32,000 nt of DNA from Candidatus Saccharimonadota bacterium. Lineage in GTDB: Bacteria; Patescibacteriota; Gracilibacteria; BD1-5; UBA6164. Shown here piece after piece: positions 19,264 through 28,958 of the stretch. A model generated the notes under the pieces. That model saw only the letters and a list, made by a program, of their open reading frames with translations. It made no database searches and was not told the DNA's origin. Numbering within the stretch: the first letter of the stretch is position 1; each line of letters begins with the position of its first letter. Both the position numbers and the translations under genes were made by a program. The DNA is taken from contig CP042461.1 in the NCBI GenBank assembly GCA_004563595.2, forward strand, positions 1,020,001-1,052,000. The letters run 5' to 3'.

Positions 19264-19299
19264 AAAAAAGTATCTTTATTATAAGAAAGATACTTTTTT
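19264..19299 (-). terminator. Rho-independent terminator after bcp
   Basis: aaaaaagtatcttt (19264-19277) pairs with aaagatactttttt (19286-19299), 8-nt loop. A T-run follows on the minus strand. The hairpin ends 2 nt from the SD-like GAGAGGTG of the next gene. Confidence 0.7.
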
Positions 19300-19315
19300 A
19301 GTCAAATTTATGTAA

Positions 19316-19774
19316 TTATATTTTTTTCAATATTCTCTCAGCATGTCATGTTGCTCTAATATTTCTCCATTCTCAAAGAATTTCTCATTGTTTATTGAGT
19401 AAAAATGTTGAGCGAATAACTCACATAACTATTTTTCAATAATTATTTTTTTCTCAATATGCACTGAGTTCTTTGTGCAAAGCTAAGTTTGGATCAGAAA
19501 TAAGATCTACTTTTAAATCTTGTGACTCAATAAATTTTTTATGAGATTCAATGCTATCTTTTGAAACACCTATTACTGTTATTCATTTTTCTGCAAACTG
19601 ATCTTTCAAACAAGAAAAATCTTTATTTTCCAATGTACAACCTGGGGTATTATCTTTTGGATAAAAATACAAAAGTGTCTTATCAGAAAAAGAAAGGAGT
19701 GTTTTTAAATCAAGTTCAGCTACTTCTCACTTTGCTGTAATTGCTTGATATTTTTGTTCTAAGTTTAATTTCAT
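19316..19774 (-). CDS. bcp: Thiol peroxidase / peroxiredoxin Bcp, 152 aa
   Basis: ATG 19774 to TAA 19318-19316. Translation ...KTLLYFYPKDNTPGCTLENKDFSCL...GITVIGVSKDSIESHKKFIE...YGEKNNYGKIVMGVIRSTFLLNKQGEILGEWRNIRATGHAERIL has the canonical Bcp/PrxQ motifs, including the peroxidatic PGCT. Confidence 0.85.
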
Positions 19775-19797
19775 AATTGCATGTATAAAAAAATAAT

Positions 19798-20475
19798 TTA
19801 TATTGTAATGTCTATATCAATCATATGTTGGTGAATTTTAACTTCACCTCAGAATGTATTATAATCTTTCAAGGAATTTTCACAAATATTTTTAATCCAT
19901 TCTCACTTAATTTTTTTTACTCAATGAGAGATTTTTACTCTCTTCCCCTCTTTATAAGTAAGGAAGTTTATATTGATTACTTTTGAGTCTAATTCTTTAA
20001 AATTCACCATTTTCATATATGAAAGTGGAAGTAAATTTATAATATAATCCAAATTCATCTCATTTAAGCTCTCTGTAATAGTCCCTCACCAATACTTTAA
20101 TAAACCTTTTGTTTCAATAGGAAGCTTATAATTCCCAATTATATCGGTTGGTTTTAATTTCCCATACATTCATGATAAAATGAAAAAATGTTCTTCAAAA
20201 AAGCTTTTTCAATCTTGGCTCATTCATTTATAATCAATAGCATTATACATAACTCCTGAATATCTCTTTATAGCAATGTTATGAGGGCCATCAAAGATTT
20301 TTTTATTTAATTGCACTCATTCTTTATATCTATCTCATATGCACTTTAAATCTTTTTCTGATACATTCATAGATATATCATGAGGTTTTTCAAAATCAAA
20401 ACTGAGGCTATGATTATCATACTCCCCTCATTTATTTTTCCCCTCTGATGGTGGAAGTAAAAAAGCTATTTTCAT
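19798..20475 (-). CDS. yaaA: YaaA-family peroxide stress protein (DUF328/UPF0246), 225 aa
   Basis: ATG 20475 to TAA 19800-19798. Translation MKIAFLLPPSEGKNKGG...IKRYSGVMYNAIDY...FFILSGMYGKLKPTDIIGNYKLPIE...ISHGVKKIKGEWIK matches the PPSEGK, RY.G..Y and ILSG.YG.L.P.D.I..YRL signatures. Confidence 0.8.
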
Positions 20476-20493
20476 GAATAATATATTTATTTA

Positions 20494-22335
20494 CTAATTA
20501 GAGTTTTTATCAACTTCATTTCATATTTTTTTATATAAAGCATAGTAATACTCTACAAATTCTCTTATTTTTTGATTTTTTGGAAGAAATACTCTCCCTT
20601 CTTTTACTGTGTAATCAAAAAGAAACTCTCATGCATCTCTTTTCTCAAGATAGTTATAAATAAGCTCTTTATAGTTAGAAGTATATAGTTCTGTTAATTT
20701 TTTATAATTTTCTGGAGTGTTTTTAAATACTATTTTTTTTCAATTAAATTCGATAATTCAACTTCAAAAGAGGATATCTAAATGAATTAACGCTTCACAA
20801 TAATATGGTCTCACATCCTCTATTTCTCTGTACTTTAATAGTTTTATACATCTATATACGTGAAGCAATACAACCTTTTCTTTCAATTCGTTACTCTCTT
20901 TCATGAAGTATGCAACCAGTCATCACATAGTGGCCTTAAATTCCTCTAAATTTTTAAAGTTTCCGCTTGCATTCATAACTGCTTCAGTATCTAAATCAAG
21001 CCAAAGGGTATGCCCATATTCATGTCATATTGTTTCTATATCATACACTCAAAAATAGTTTTTATCCTCTGAGAATAGAAATTTTTTGTAAGATTCCATA
21101 AATGAAGCTTCAAATATTTCTGTTGTTATTTTCATAACTGGGGCTTTTCTTTGTTTTTCTAAAACAAATCAAGGAAATGCAAAAATCTTTTTCCCAGATA
21201 CCTTACTTACTTCTTCATCATTTGGAACTACCTGAGCTGAAAATAATCAATTAAATTTATCTCAATAATAAAACACTGGAGTAGAAATATACAACTGTAC
21301 TCTTTTTTGATTGGCAAGTGAATATTCGTATGAATCTGAATATTTACATCTTCAAATATCATCATAAAGAGTTTCATACATCTTCAGTACATCTGATGAT
21401 ACTTTTGACTCAAAAAGCGAAGTATCAACGATTCTAAGATCCCATTCAGGAGCTACTGATTTCCTATAGAGGTCTTCATAAAATTCAAGTGGATGACCAA
21501 TCTGAAAAGGTGTATCAATTTCCATCCAAGTTTCATCAACTTTTCTCCATTGCTGAATAAGATTATCACAGTCAGTTTCTCAGAATGCATTTTTTAATGC
21601 AGAAAAATATTTTATATATGCTGATTTTTTATTATATACATCATCCTCGCATCATTCTAAGGTGTTCATAACTTCACTCAAAGAGTTTATTATATCTCAT
21701 ACCTCTTCAGAAAATGCTTCAGCATATGATACTACTTTATATCAACTTTCATCCTCTATAAGGGTTGAATAACTTCTATCCGCATTTACTCCATCGATTT
21801 TATCTGCTCACAGATTATTTTTTTCTAAATATTTTAATATCTTTCCTGAATCGGCATCAAACTCATTTTCCAAGTTTTTATTTATAGTCCCTATAATATG
21901 AGTATGCCAAGCTAAATGGTAATCAGTAAATGATTCTCATATTTTATGAACTCATTTAAAAAGCTCTAGATAAAACTCTGTCAGTAATCCTTCTTCTTCA
22001 ACCTTGTCTATAATTTGCTTAAAAATATCTGAGTGATAATTTTTTACAAATATATATGCTTCATAAAGTACCTCTTCAATTTCATCTTCTAATTTTCATA
22101 GTTTTTCAAGATATAACTTTAGAGCATCTTCGTTTAGAGACGCTACCCTTGAATAGGCCACAAATCTCGTTTCATCATTTATTTCTAACTCCAAAAATTT
22201 TAGAAATCAATCAAGAATACCTCTCTCTTTTCCTTCAGCTTTTACTCCATTATATAAACTTTGGATATCTTGTTGCTTTTCTTTATAAAAATCAAGAATT
22301 ATTTGTATATTTGCTTCTAAAAGCTCTTTATTCAT
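20494..22335 (-). CDS. Putative zinc metallopeptidase with HExxH motif, 613 aa, family uncertain
   Basis: ATG 22335 to TAG 20496-20494, length divisible by 3. Contains DIETIGHEYGHTLWLDLD followed by NLEEFKATMGGLVAY, i.e. HExxH plus a downstream Glu, as in gluzincins such as M3-like enzymes. No signal peptide is evident. Track ORF 22056-22487(+) is antisense or an artefact. Confidence 0.6.
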
Positions 22336-22360
22336 CTATTAAATTTATAATATTAAATTT

Positions 22361-24430
22361 TTATATATTCTTCATACTCAACTGTATCTTCCCTTTTTCA
22401 GTATCTATGCCAGTGATTTTTACTCTTACTGTTTGTCACACTTCTACAAACTCAGTTGGATCCTTTACAAATGCATCTGCAAGTTGAGATATATGGACGA
22501 GTCCATCATTTTTGAGTCAAATATCAACAAATGCTCAAAAAGCAACAACATTCCTTACTACTCATTCCAGAATATCTCATTCAGAAACTGAATCCATACT
22601 AATACCTTTTGATGCCTTTTTGTGTGTAGAATTCACTCTTGGATCTTCTCATATATTTCCATATGAATCCCAAATAAAATCAAGTGTTCATCTATCTGCA
22701 TCTTGATAAAATCAAACTAATACATCTTTGTTTTCGTTAAAATCAATAGCTTTTATTTCATTTTCAATGATATAATTTGCAAGCTCATACTGCTCTGGAT
22801 GTATGTCTGTATTATCAAACCTTTCTGTACTTTCAGGAACTCTCAAAAAACCTGCAGCTTGTTCAAATACTTTATCTGATAATTGTTTTCTCAAATCTGA
22901 CCTTGATTTATATGGCCTATGATTATAGATCTTTTTTGCTGCTCTTTTATCAATTCATGAAATATGATTCAATACATAACTTGATGCTATATTTACATTA
23001 ATTCAAACTTTATTTACAACATCTTCTACTACATATCAGAGTTTTTCTTCTAGTTTTTTTTCTGGCATATCATGCTGATACATTCCAACTCAGATGCTTC
23101 AAACAGGTACTTTTACGAGTTCTGAAAGAGGGTCAATAAACCTTCTCCCTATTGAAATAGTTCCTTTATCTAGTGAATCAAGGTCAGGAAATTCTTCTTT
23201 TGCTATTTTACTTGCCGAGTATACTGATGCTCATGATTCATTTACTATATATATTTCTTTATCTGTAATGTCTTGTAAAATTTCGACTGATTCATTGACT
23301 CATGTTCCATTCCCTACCACCACTATATCAACTCTATATTTTGTAATCAGTTCTTTTAATTTTACTTTTGCTATTTGTTTACTATGTAAAAATATTTTAT
23401 CAAACTTAAGAGGATTCCCTCATTCATCTAGGACTGCTAACTTACATCCTGCAGCAAAACCTGGATCAACTGCCAAGATTTTTTTTCCATATTCAGGTTT
23501 TGTCATCAATAGGGCATCAAGGTTATTTTGAAAACTATCAATTGCATCATCTTCTCAGATTTCATTCATCACTCCCCTTATTTCATTTTCTACTGATTTA
23601 AATAATGCAGTAAATCATTCTTTGAAAGCTTCTTCTAATAGTTCAATAAATGGAAGTCTTGTTTCAAGAGTTCTCGCATAGTTTTTTTGAATCCCACCAT
23701 ATGACATGTCTGTTTTATCAACCTTTACAGAAAGAATTCCTAATGATTCTCCTCTATTAAGAGCAAGAATTTGATAAGGTTTTAGTTTAGAAAGAGAAAT
23801 CATAAAATCAGAATAAATATCAAACTTAGATATTTGTTTGGTATCTTTTTCATTTAATTTTTCAAGCGCCTTTGCTCACTTTGTTTTTGAAACTACTTCT
23901 CAATGTTTTTCTAATATTTCTTTCAAGTCATCTCTCAAATCTATATTTGCAGTTACTTCTGCTGCAACTATATCTACTGATCACTCAAGAATTATATCTT
24001 TCGTATACTCTTTTAACAAGTCATCTGGAATAATAATTTCTCCATTTTGTTTGATATTATCAGCAACAACTTGAAATCCTTTTTCAATAGCTATCATTGC
24101 CTTTGTTTTTTTCTTTGATTTATATGGTTTATATATTGCTTCTACTTCTTTGAGTGTTTTTGCATTCATAATAGCATCCATCAATTCTGGAGTCATTTTT
24201 TCTAATTCCTCAATTCCGTTTATAGCTGTTACTTTTGCTTTGTATAAGTTTTCTTGTTTTGTCCTCAGTTCAATAATATCCCTAATATTATCTTCATCTA
24301 GATTTCCTGTCTTTTCTTTTCTATACCTTGCAATAAAAGGTACGGTTGCTCATTCAGCAATCAATGCTAAAACAAGCTCTACTTGACTATTATTAAACCC
24401 TAATTCACTTGCAACAATTTGTATATAATT
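22361..24430 (-). CDS. tex: Tex-like transcription accessory protein (HTH / YqgF / HhH / S1 domains); start unresolved
   Basis: One table-25 frame from the in-frame TAG at 24514-24512 down to TAA 22363-22361. It joins track ORFs 23981-24196, 23615-23803 and 22712-22894. N-terminus ...[42 protein letters not shown]. Middle [10 protein letters not shown]...[11 protein letters not shown]-terminal S1 domain [36 protein letters not shown]. There is no in-frame ATG/GTG/TTG upstream of the conserved N-terminus: 24430 is an ATT codon, and the nearby ATG at 24446 is one nucleotide out of frame. Confidence 0.85.
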
Positions 24431-24550
24431 CGGTTCTTGTAACATATCCTATAATTAATATTTAAACTGTAAGATATTATTAGATTTTGCGAAAAAAAAG
24501 CAAATAAAAAACTACCAAATATGCTGATATTTTTTTACGATTATTTAATC

Positions 24551-26113
24551 TTAATTCCTTAATTCTATTAAAAGCTCTTTATAGTTTTTTTTAACCTTCA
24601 CTTTTAAGGCCTTTCATTTAAGTCTATAATTCAGATCCTTTACCTGAGTCTTATTGAGTGTAATATATTCATCTATTCCTTTTAATAAGCTATTTCTTAA
24701 TTTCGATACTTGAATATTTGTATCTTTTCTGTATTTCAGAATAACCAAGTCCAATCTTTTTCAAAACTGAGCAACTACTCTGTTTACGGCAATATATTTA
24801 CTATCATTTACTCATTCCTCTTTTATATCTGAACTTATATGATAATTGATAAGTCTTATATTATCACTCGGAGCATTATGACCATCTGGTTTATTCCAAG
24901 GATATTTTGTTCATGCGCCAGATCAGGCAATCGAAATATCTTTAATAGCAAAATATATCTGACTTGCCTCCATTTCAATCTGATCAGGTAATTTAAAGCG
25001 AGTCCAAGCACCTCTTTCCCAGGCACTTGATCTACGAAAAGCTCCTCCCTCCCCATCTGTGTATTCAGTACCTGTATAAAACATTGGTTCTATCAATGTC
25101 GCTGAATCATAGTTTGCATTTGTAATTGGACTTGTTGACCATTTTATTTCAAAGGTTGACCAAGTTGTATCTCTCATCCCATCCTCTCCAAATGAATTAT
25201 CTGAAAATCAAATTTCCCAATAATTTTCTTCAGGCCAATTCCCAACCCAAACAGATGTAATTGATTCTTCATTTTGATTTGGTTCAACTGAGTCTTGAGT
25301 GGAATAATATTTTAACTCATCAACATGCATAGTTGTAGGATTTGTTTGAGAATTCCTAATTTCCATATAGAAACGAGACATATGCTCAAAATAATTTTTT
25401 CCTGATTCTATAAACGATGGATTATTCCCTAAAACAGGCCCACTTCCTTGTCTTCTATGTTGAGGGTGCTGATCTAGCTCTACATGAATCCATGCTCATG
25501 GATTCAATGCAAGATAATGATAATAATGCTGATTTCCAGGCCCTTCTCACTTATTACAGCCATCATCCCAACACAAGTATGTCCCTACATGATACCCCCA
25601 TGTACTAATTTTTGTAGGAGTTGATAGAGGCTTCATATTCTCAGTTTTCACATAAAAACTCATTCTATCTGTACTTGCATGAGTAATTCATCTTGTACTC
25701 AGTGGTTTTGCGTCATACCACATCCACCAAGATGCTCTATTACTTGAACTTGACGGAAGATCAAACACTTTAAATGACCCCCCTTGTGATGTTGAAGGAG
25801 CTCTTTGAGTCATATCAACCACTGCACTTACTTCTTTTTCTTTACTAAAAGACCTCATCCTTCAACCATTTGCCCAATTCAAAGGTTTCCCACTCCAGAG
25901 TGGATGATTTTCGTTCATCATAAAACCTCTTCATCAATATTCAGAAATTGGATCAAGCCAAGACCAGTTATTCCAATTTGATCATGTATTTTCAGAATGA
26001 TTCCACCCAAATAAACAAGATTCTTCTCCCTCAATGCAATCAGCACTTACAAAAGTAAAACTAGAGAGAGAAAATAAAAATATTCCTATAAAAATTCTAA
26101 CAAAATATTTCAT
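24551..26113 (-). CDS. Secreted Trp-rich protein of unknown function, 520 aa
   Basis: ATG 26113 to TAA 24553-24551. Includes track ORF 24923-25177 in frame. Signal peptide MKYFVRIFIGIFLFSLSSFTFVSA. Body ...CIEGEESCLFGWNHSENTGSNWNNWSWLDP...ASWWMWYDAKPL...WGYHVGTYLCWDDGCNKGEGPGNQHYYHYLALNPGAWIHVELDQHP... with a basic coiled C-terminal tail. About 13 in-frame TGA. Confidence 0.75.
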
Positions 26114-26211
26114 AATATAGTAATTATAAAAATAAAACTATCTTTATAATACATAATATCTAGTTATTTTCAATTTTGGATCTCATTAAAATCACTATTT
26201 TAGTGTCGGCA

Positions 26212-26886
26212 TTATTCTAGTATTTTTTTCTTTGCCTCTCCTATCTTTTCATCTGTTATAATTTCAATACTATCTCACAAATAGGTTGGTTCAGCTTTCA
26301 ATATTTCCACTTCCAAAAACGCCTTTACTCTTGCTAACATTTCTCTTTTATTATTATAATCATCTTGAATATACTTTTGTAGATTTGTTTCTATTCATTG
26401 AGTTTTTAATCAAAGCCTTTTTCAAATATATAAAGCTCTTTTTAAATGAAAATCTTGGGTAAAGAGTGTTATTTCTTTCACTCAAAAGATTTCTTTTGCT
26501 CGATACAGGGAGTCATAGGTATCAAATCAAGCATAATCTAAATATACATCATCTACATCAACTCACAAGTGGATAAGATATTTTTGCATCGCAACTGGTT
26601 CATTGTAGTTTTTTTGAGAATTATCTCAGGATACAAGAATCTTTTCTATTTTTCAAGATTGATATGACTGATATGCAACTATTAATCTATCTTTTAAAAT
26701 ATCTGAAGGAGTACTCTTCCCTATAACTGATGCTCAAAAAACGAGTCAGACATATCTCTTCTCTAAATTCTCTACTTTTTTATAATACCCTATATTTGAG
26801 AAACTCAGAACATAAAAATTAATTGCAGTAATTGAGACTACTGCAAATAAAGTTAAAACAAAAAACAAGTAAATATACTTCAACAT
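26212..26886 (-). CDS. SanA/YdcF (DUF218) family envelope protein, 224 aa
   Basis: ATG 26886 to TAA 26214-26212. N-terminal TM, then ...GLVFGASV...ILVSGDNSQKNYNEPVAMQKYLIHLGVDVDDVYLDYAGFDTYDSLYRAKEIFGVKEITLFTQDFHLKRALYIGKRLG, which is the SanA-like DUF218 signature. Confidence 0.8.
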
Positions 26887-27011
26887 AATTATACAAGTAA
26901 AAAAGATAATTTTCTATACAAAAGAGGTATTGATATAACTATAAATACAACTATAAGAAATAGTATTCTGCTTTTTGTGAAAAGTGATTTTGTTGCCATA
27001 GCTATTTATAG

Positions 27012-27911
27012 TTATATATTAATTTCTTCATATTTTCGAAACCAAGTAAGTTGTTTTTTTGCGTAGTTTCTATTATGTTTCTGTACTAATTCTACACATT
27101 CTCTGAGTGTCATATTTCATTCTAAATACTCAACCACTTCTTTATATCATATCGTTTTCATTCAAAAATCTGATTTTTTGTACACTTTCAAGAGTTCTTC
27201 TATCTCTTCAATCAATCATTCATTAAACATTATCTGTACTCGATTATTTATCCTCTCATATAATTCTTCTCTATCTCCACTATATGGTGTAAGAAAAAGA
27301 GTATCATATTTGAGTTTTTTTTCTTCTCGAAACTCTGTTTTTGATTTTCATGTTAATAATTTCACTTCTAATGCTCTAATAACATACCTCAGATTATTAG
27401 GGTGAAGCTCAGCAGCATATACTGGGTCCAATTCAACTAATTGATCATATATGCATTGATTTCAGTGTTCTGCTGCTTGTTTTTCCAGTTTATTTCTAAG
27501 CTCTTCGTCAGCCGGTACTTTTGGGATATTAAAATCATAGATTAAACTATTAATATATAATCAGGTTCATCAACATAATATTGGAATCTTTCATTCAGAG
27601 ATTATATTTTCGATAAGTATCTCTGATTTTTCCTTAAATTCTCATACTGAATATTCCATGTCTGCTGAAATAATATCTACCATATGATGTTTTATTCAGG
27701 ACATTTCTTTCTTTGTAATTTTTCCTGTTCATATATCTAAAGATTTAAATATTTGTCTGGAATCAGTACTGATGATTTCTGTATCAATTTTTTTAGCTAT
27801 ATCAATACTCATTGCTGTTTTTCCACTTCATGTTGGTCAGTATATAACAATTATTTTTTGTTTTTCTCACTTATTATTTGAAAAATCATTTAACTTTTTT
27901 ATATATTCCAT
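27012..27911 (-). CDS. miaA: tRNA dimethylallyltransferase, 299 aa
   Basis: ATG 27911 to TAA 27014-27012. Translation ...[22 protein letters not shown]...[23 protein letters not shown]...HHMVDI...PILCGGTGLYINSLI...[12 protein letters not shown]. By hand count, 16 of 19 Gly codons are TGA, including both P-loop Gly (27839-27837 and 27830-27828). Confidence 0.92.
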
Positions 27912-27997
27912 TATAATCTGTTATGTATATTTTAATCTAGTGTAACTTTTGTTATACTTTTTGCAAAGCATTTTATACTTTTTTTTGTAAAAAAAAT

Positions 27998-28025
27998 TTG
28001 ACTTCAAAAGCTTTTTTTATAATAT
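27998..28025 (+). promoter_or_regulatory. Putative promoter of the tRNA cluster (TTGACT-16nt-TAATAT)
   Basis: TTGACT at 27998-28003 and TAATAT at 28020-28025 (overlapping TATAAT at 28018-28023). Preceded by a T8-G-T-A8 tract. tRNA-Thr starts at 28048. Confidence 0.4.
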
Positions 28026-28047
28026 GTGTCTCGCATTAGCAATTATT

Positions 28048-28123
28048 GCCACTTTAGCTCAGCTGGTAGAGCGCTCGCCTTGTAAGCGAATGGTCGTCGG
28101 TTCAAATCCGACAAGTGGCTCCA
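28048..28123 (+). tRNA. tRNA-Thr (anticodon UGU), CCA encoded
   Basis: GCCACTT acceptor pairs with AAGTGGC. D arm GCTC-AGCTGGTA-GAGC. Anticodon loop CTTGTAA. T arm GTCGG-TTCAAAT-CCGAC. Discriminator T followed by CCA. Confidence 0.9.
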
Positions 28124-28211
28124 TTACATAAATAAAAACTTGATATTACGAATTACGAATCAGTAACATATTCATTCGCCTTTCGTTATTTTTTTTGTTT
28201 ATCGTAAATAT

Positions 28212-28296
28212 GGGCAGATTCCAGAGTGGTCAAATGGGGCGGACTGTAAATCCGCTAGCTACGCTTTCGGGGGTTCGACTCCCTCTCTGCCCACCA
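28212..28296 (+). tRNA. tRNA-Tyr (anticodon GUA), long variable arm, CCA encoded
   Basis: GGGCAGA acceptor pairs with TCTGCCC. Anticodon stem-loop GCGGA-CTGTAAA-TCCGC. Long variable arm as in bacterial tRNA-Tyr. T loop TTCGACT, then A-CCA. Confidence 0.9.
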
Positions 28297-28311
28297 TTAT
28301 ATATAATACAT

Positions 28312-28395
28312 GCCCAGATGGTGGAATTGGTAGACACGTCGGTCTTAGAAGCCGGTGCTTCGTGCGTGAGAGTTCAAGTCTCTCTCTGGGCACCA
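28312..28395 (+). tRNA. tRNA-Leu (anticodon UAG), long variable arm, CCA encoded
   Basis: GCCCAGA acceptor pairs with TCTGGGC. Anticodon loop CTTAGAA. Long variable arm. T arm GAGAG-TTCAAGT-CTCTC, then A-CCA. Confidence 0.88.
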
Positions 28396-28456
28396 TATAC
28401 CAAATATATTTATATTTTTGACTCGTACCTGGCGAGCAAATAAAAACAAGAAAATT

Positions 28457-28678
28457 ATGAAAACTGGAATACATCCTGATAATAAAAAAGTTGTAATCGA
28501 ATGTTCATGTGGTCAAAAGTTTGAAGTACATTCAACTATCCCATGAGACACAAGAATTGAAATCTGTTCAAATTGTCACCCTTTCTATACTGGTGAACAA
28601 AGAATTCTTAAAACTGGTGCAGTTGATAAGTTCTATGCTAGACAAAAGAAAATGGAAGAATTGAAAAAAAATAAATAA
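28457..28678 (+). CDS. rpmE: 50S ribosomal protein L31, 73 aa
   Basis: ATG 28457 to TAA 28676-28678. Translation [65 protein letters not shown] has both CxxC-type zinc motifs and the HPFYTG signature. One in-frame TGA. Confidence 0.92.
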
Positions 28679-28680
28679 AA

Positions 28681-28710
28681 ATAAACCTCAAATTTGAGGT
28701 TTATTTTTTT
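28681..28710 (+). terminator. Rho-independent terminator after rpmE
   Basis: ataaacctca (28681-28690), loop aatt, tgaggtttat (28695-28704), then a T-run at 28705-28710. Confidence 0.8.
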
Positions 28711-28749
28711 GCGTAAAAACTACTCTACAAAGAAAGTAACCGAATTTTC

Positions 28750-28776
28750 TTGACTTTCTAAAATAATCTATATAAT
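28750..28776 (+). promoter_or_regulatory. Putative rplJL promoter (TTGACT ... TATAAT)
   Basis: TTGACT at 28750-28755 and TATAAT at 28771-28776. The 15-nt spacer is short; the alternative -10 TAATTC gives a 17-nt spacer. Confidence 0.4.
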
Positions 28777-28789
28777 TCTCTTGCTTTCT

Positions 28790-28917
28790 ATATCAAAGAC
28801 CGTGGGCAATTGTAAGACCTACCGAGATTAAGAAGGGAAAAGTTTTAAAAAAATTTCCAAAATTAATAATAAAACTAAATCCTTTTTTCTTGATAATAAG
28901 AATAAAGGATTTTTTTT
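28790..28917 (+). promoter_or_regulatory. L10-leader-like 5' UTR ending in an intrinsic terminator (attenuator) upstream of rplJ
   Basis: About 180-nt untranslated leader between the putative promoter and rplJ. It contains a relatively GC-rich segment, caaagaccgtgggcaattgtaagacctaccgagattaagaaggg. It ends with hairpin aaatccttt (28877-28885) / aaaggattt (28904-28912) and a T-run to 28917, 41 nt before the rplJ ATG. Confidence 0.5.
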
Positions 28918-28958
28918 ATATTAGAAAGTAATTACTTGTATATCATAATAAATAACTC

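Noticed and set aside
24900-25900. A locally GC- and TGG-rich patch as a horizontally transferred island.
   Set aside because: The gene uses in-frame TGA=Gly like the rest of the contig and has native-looking flanks. The composition is explained by its Trp/Gly/Pro/His-rich protein sequence.
28195-28474. Track ORFs 28195-28443(+) and 28259-28474(-).
   Set aside because: They overlap the tRNA-Tyr and tRNA-Leu genes. The open frames are a by-product of GC-rich tRNA sequence.
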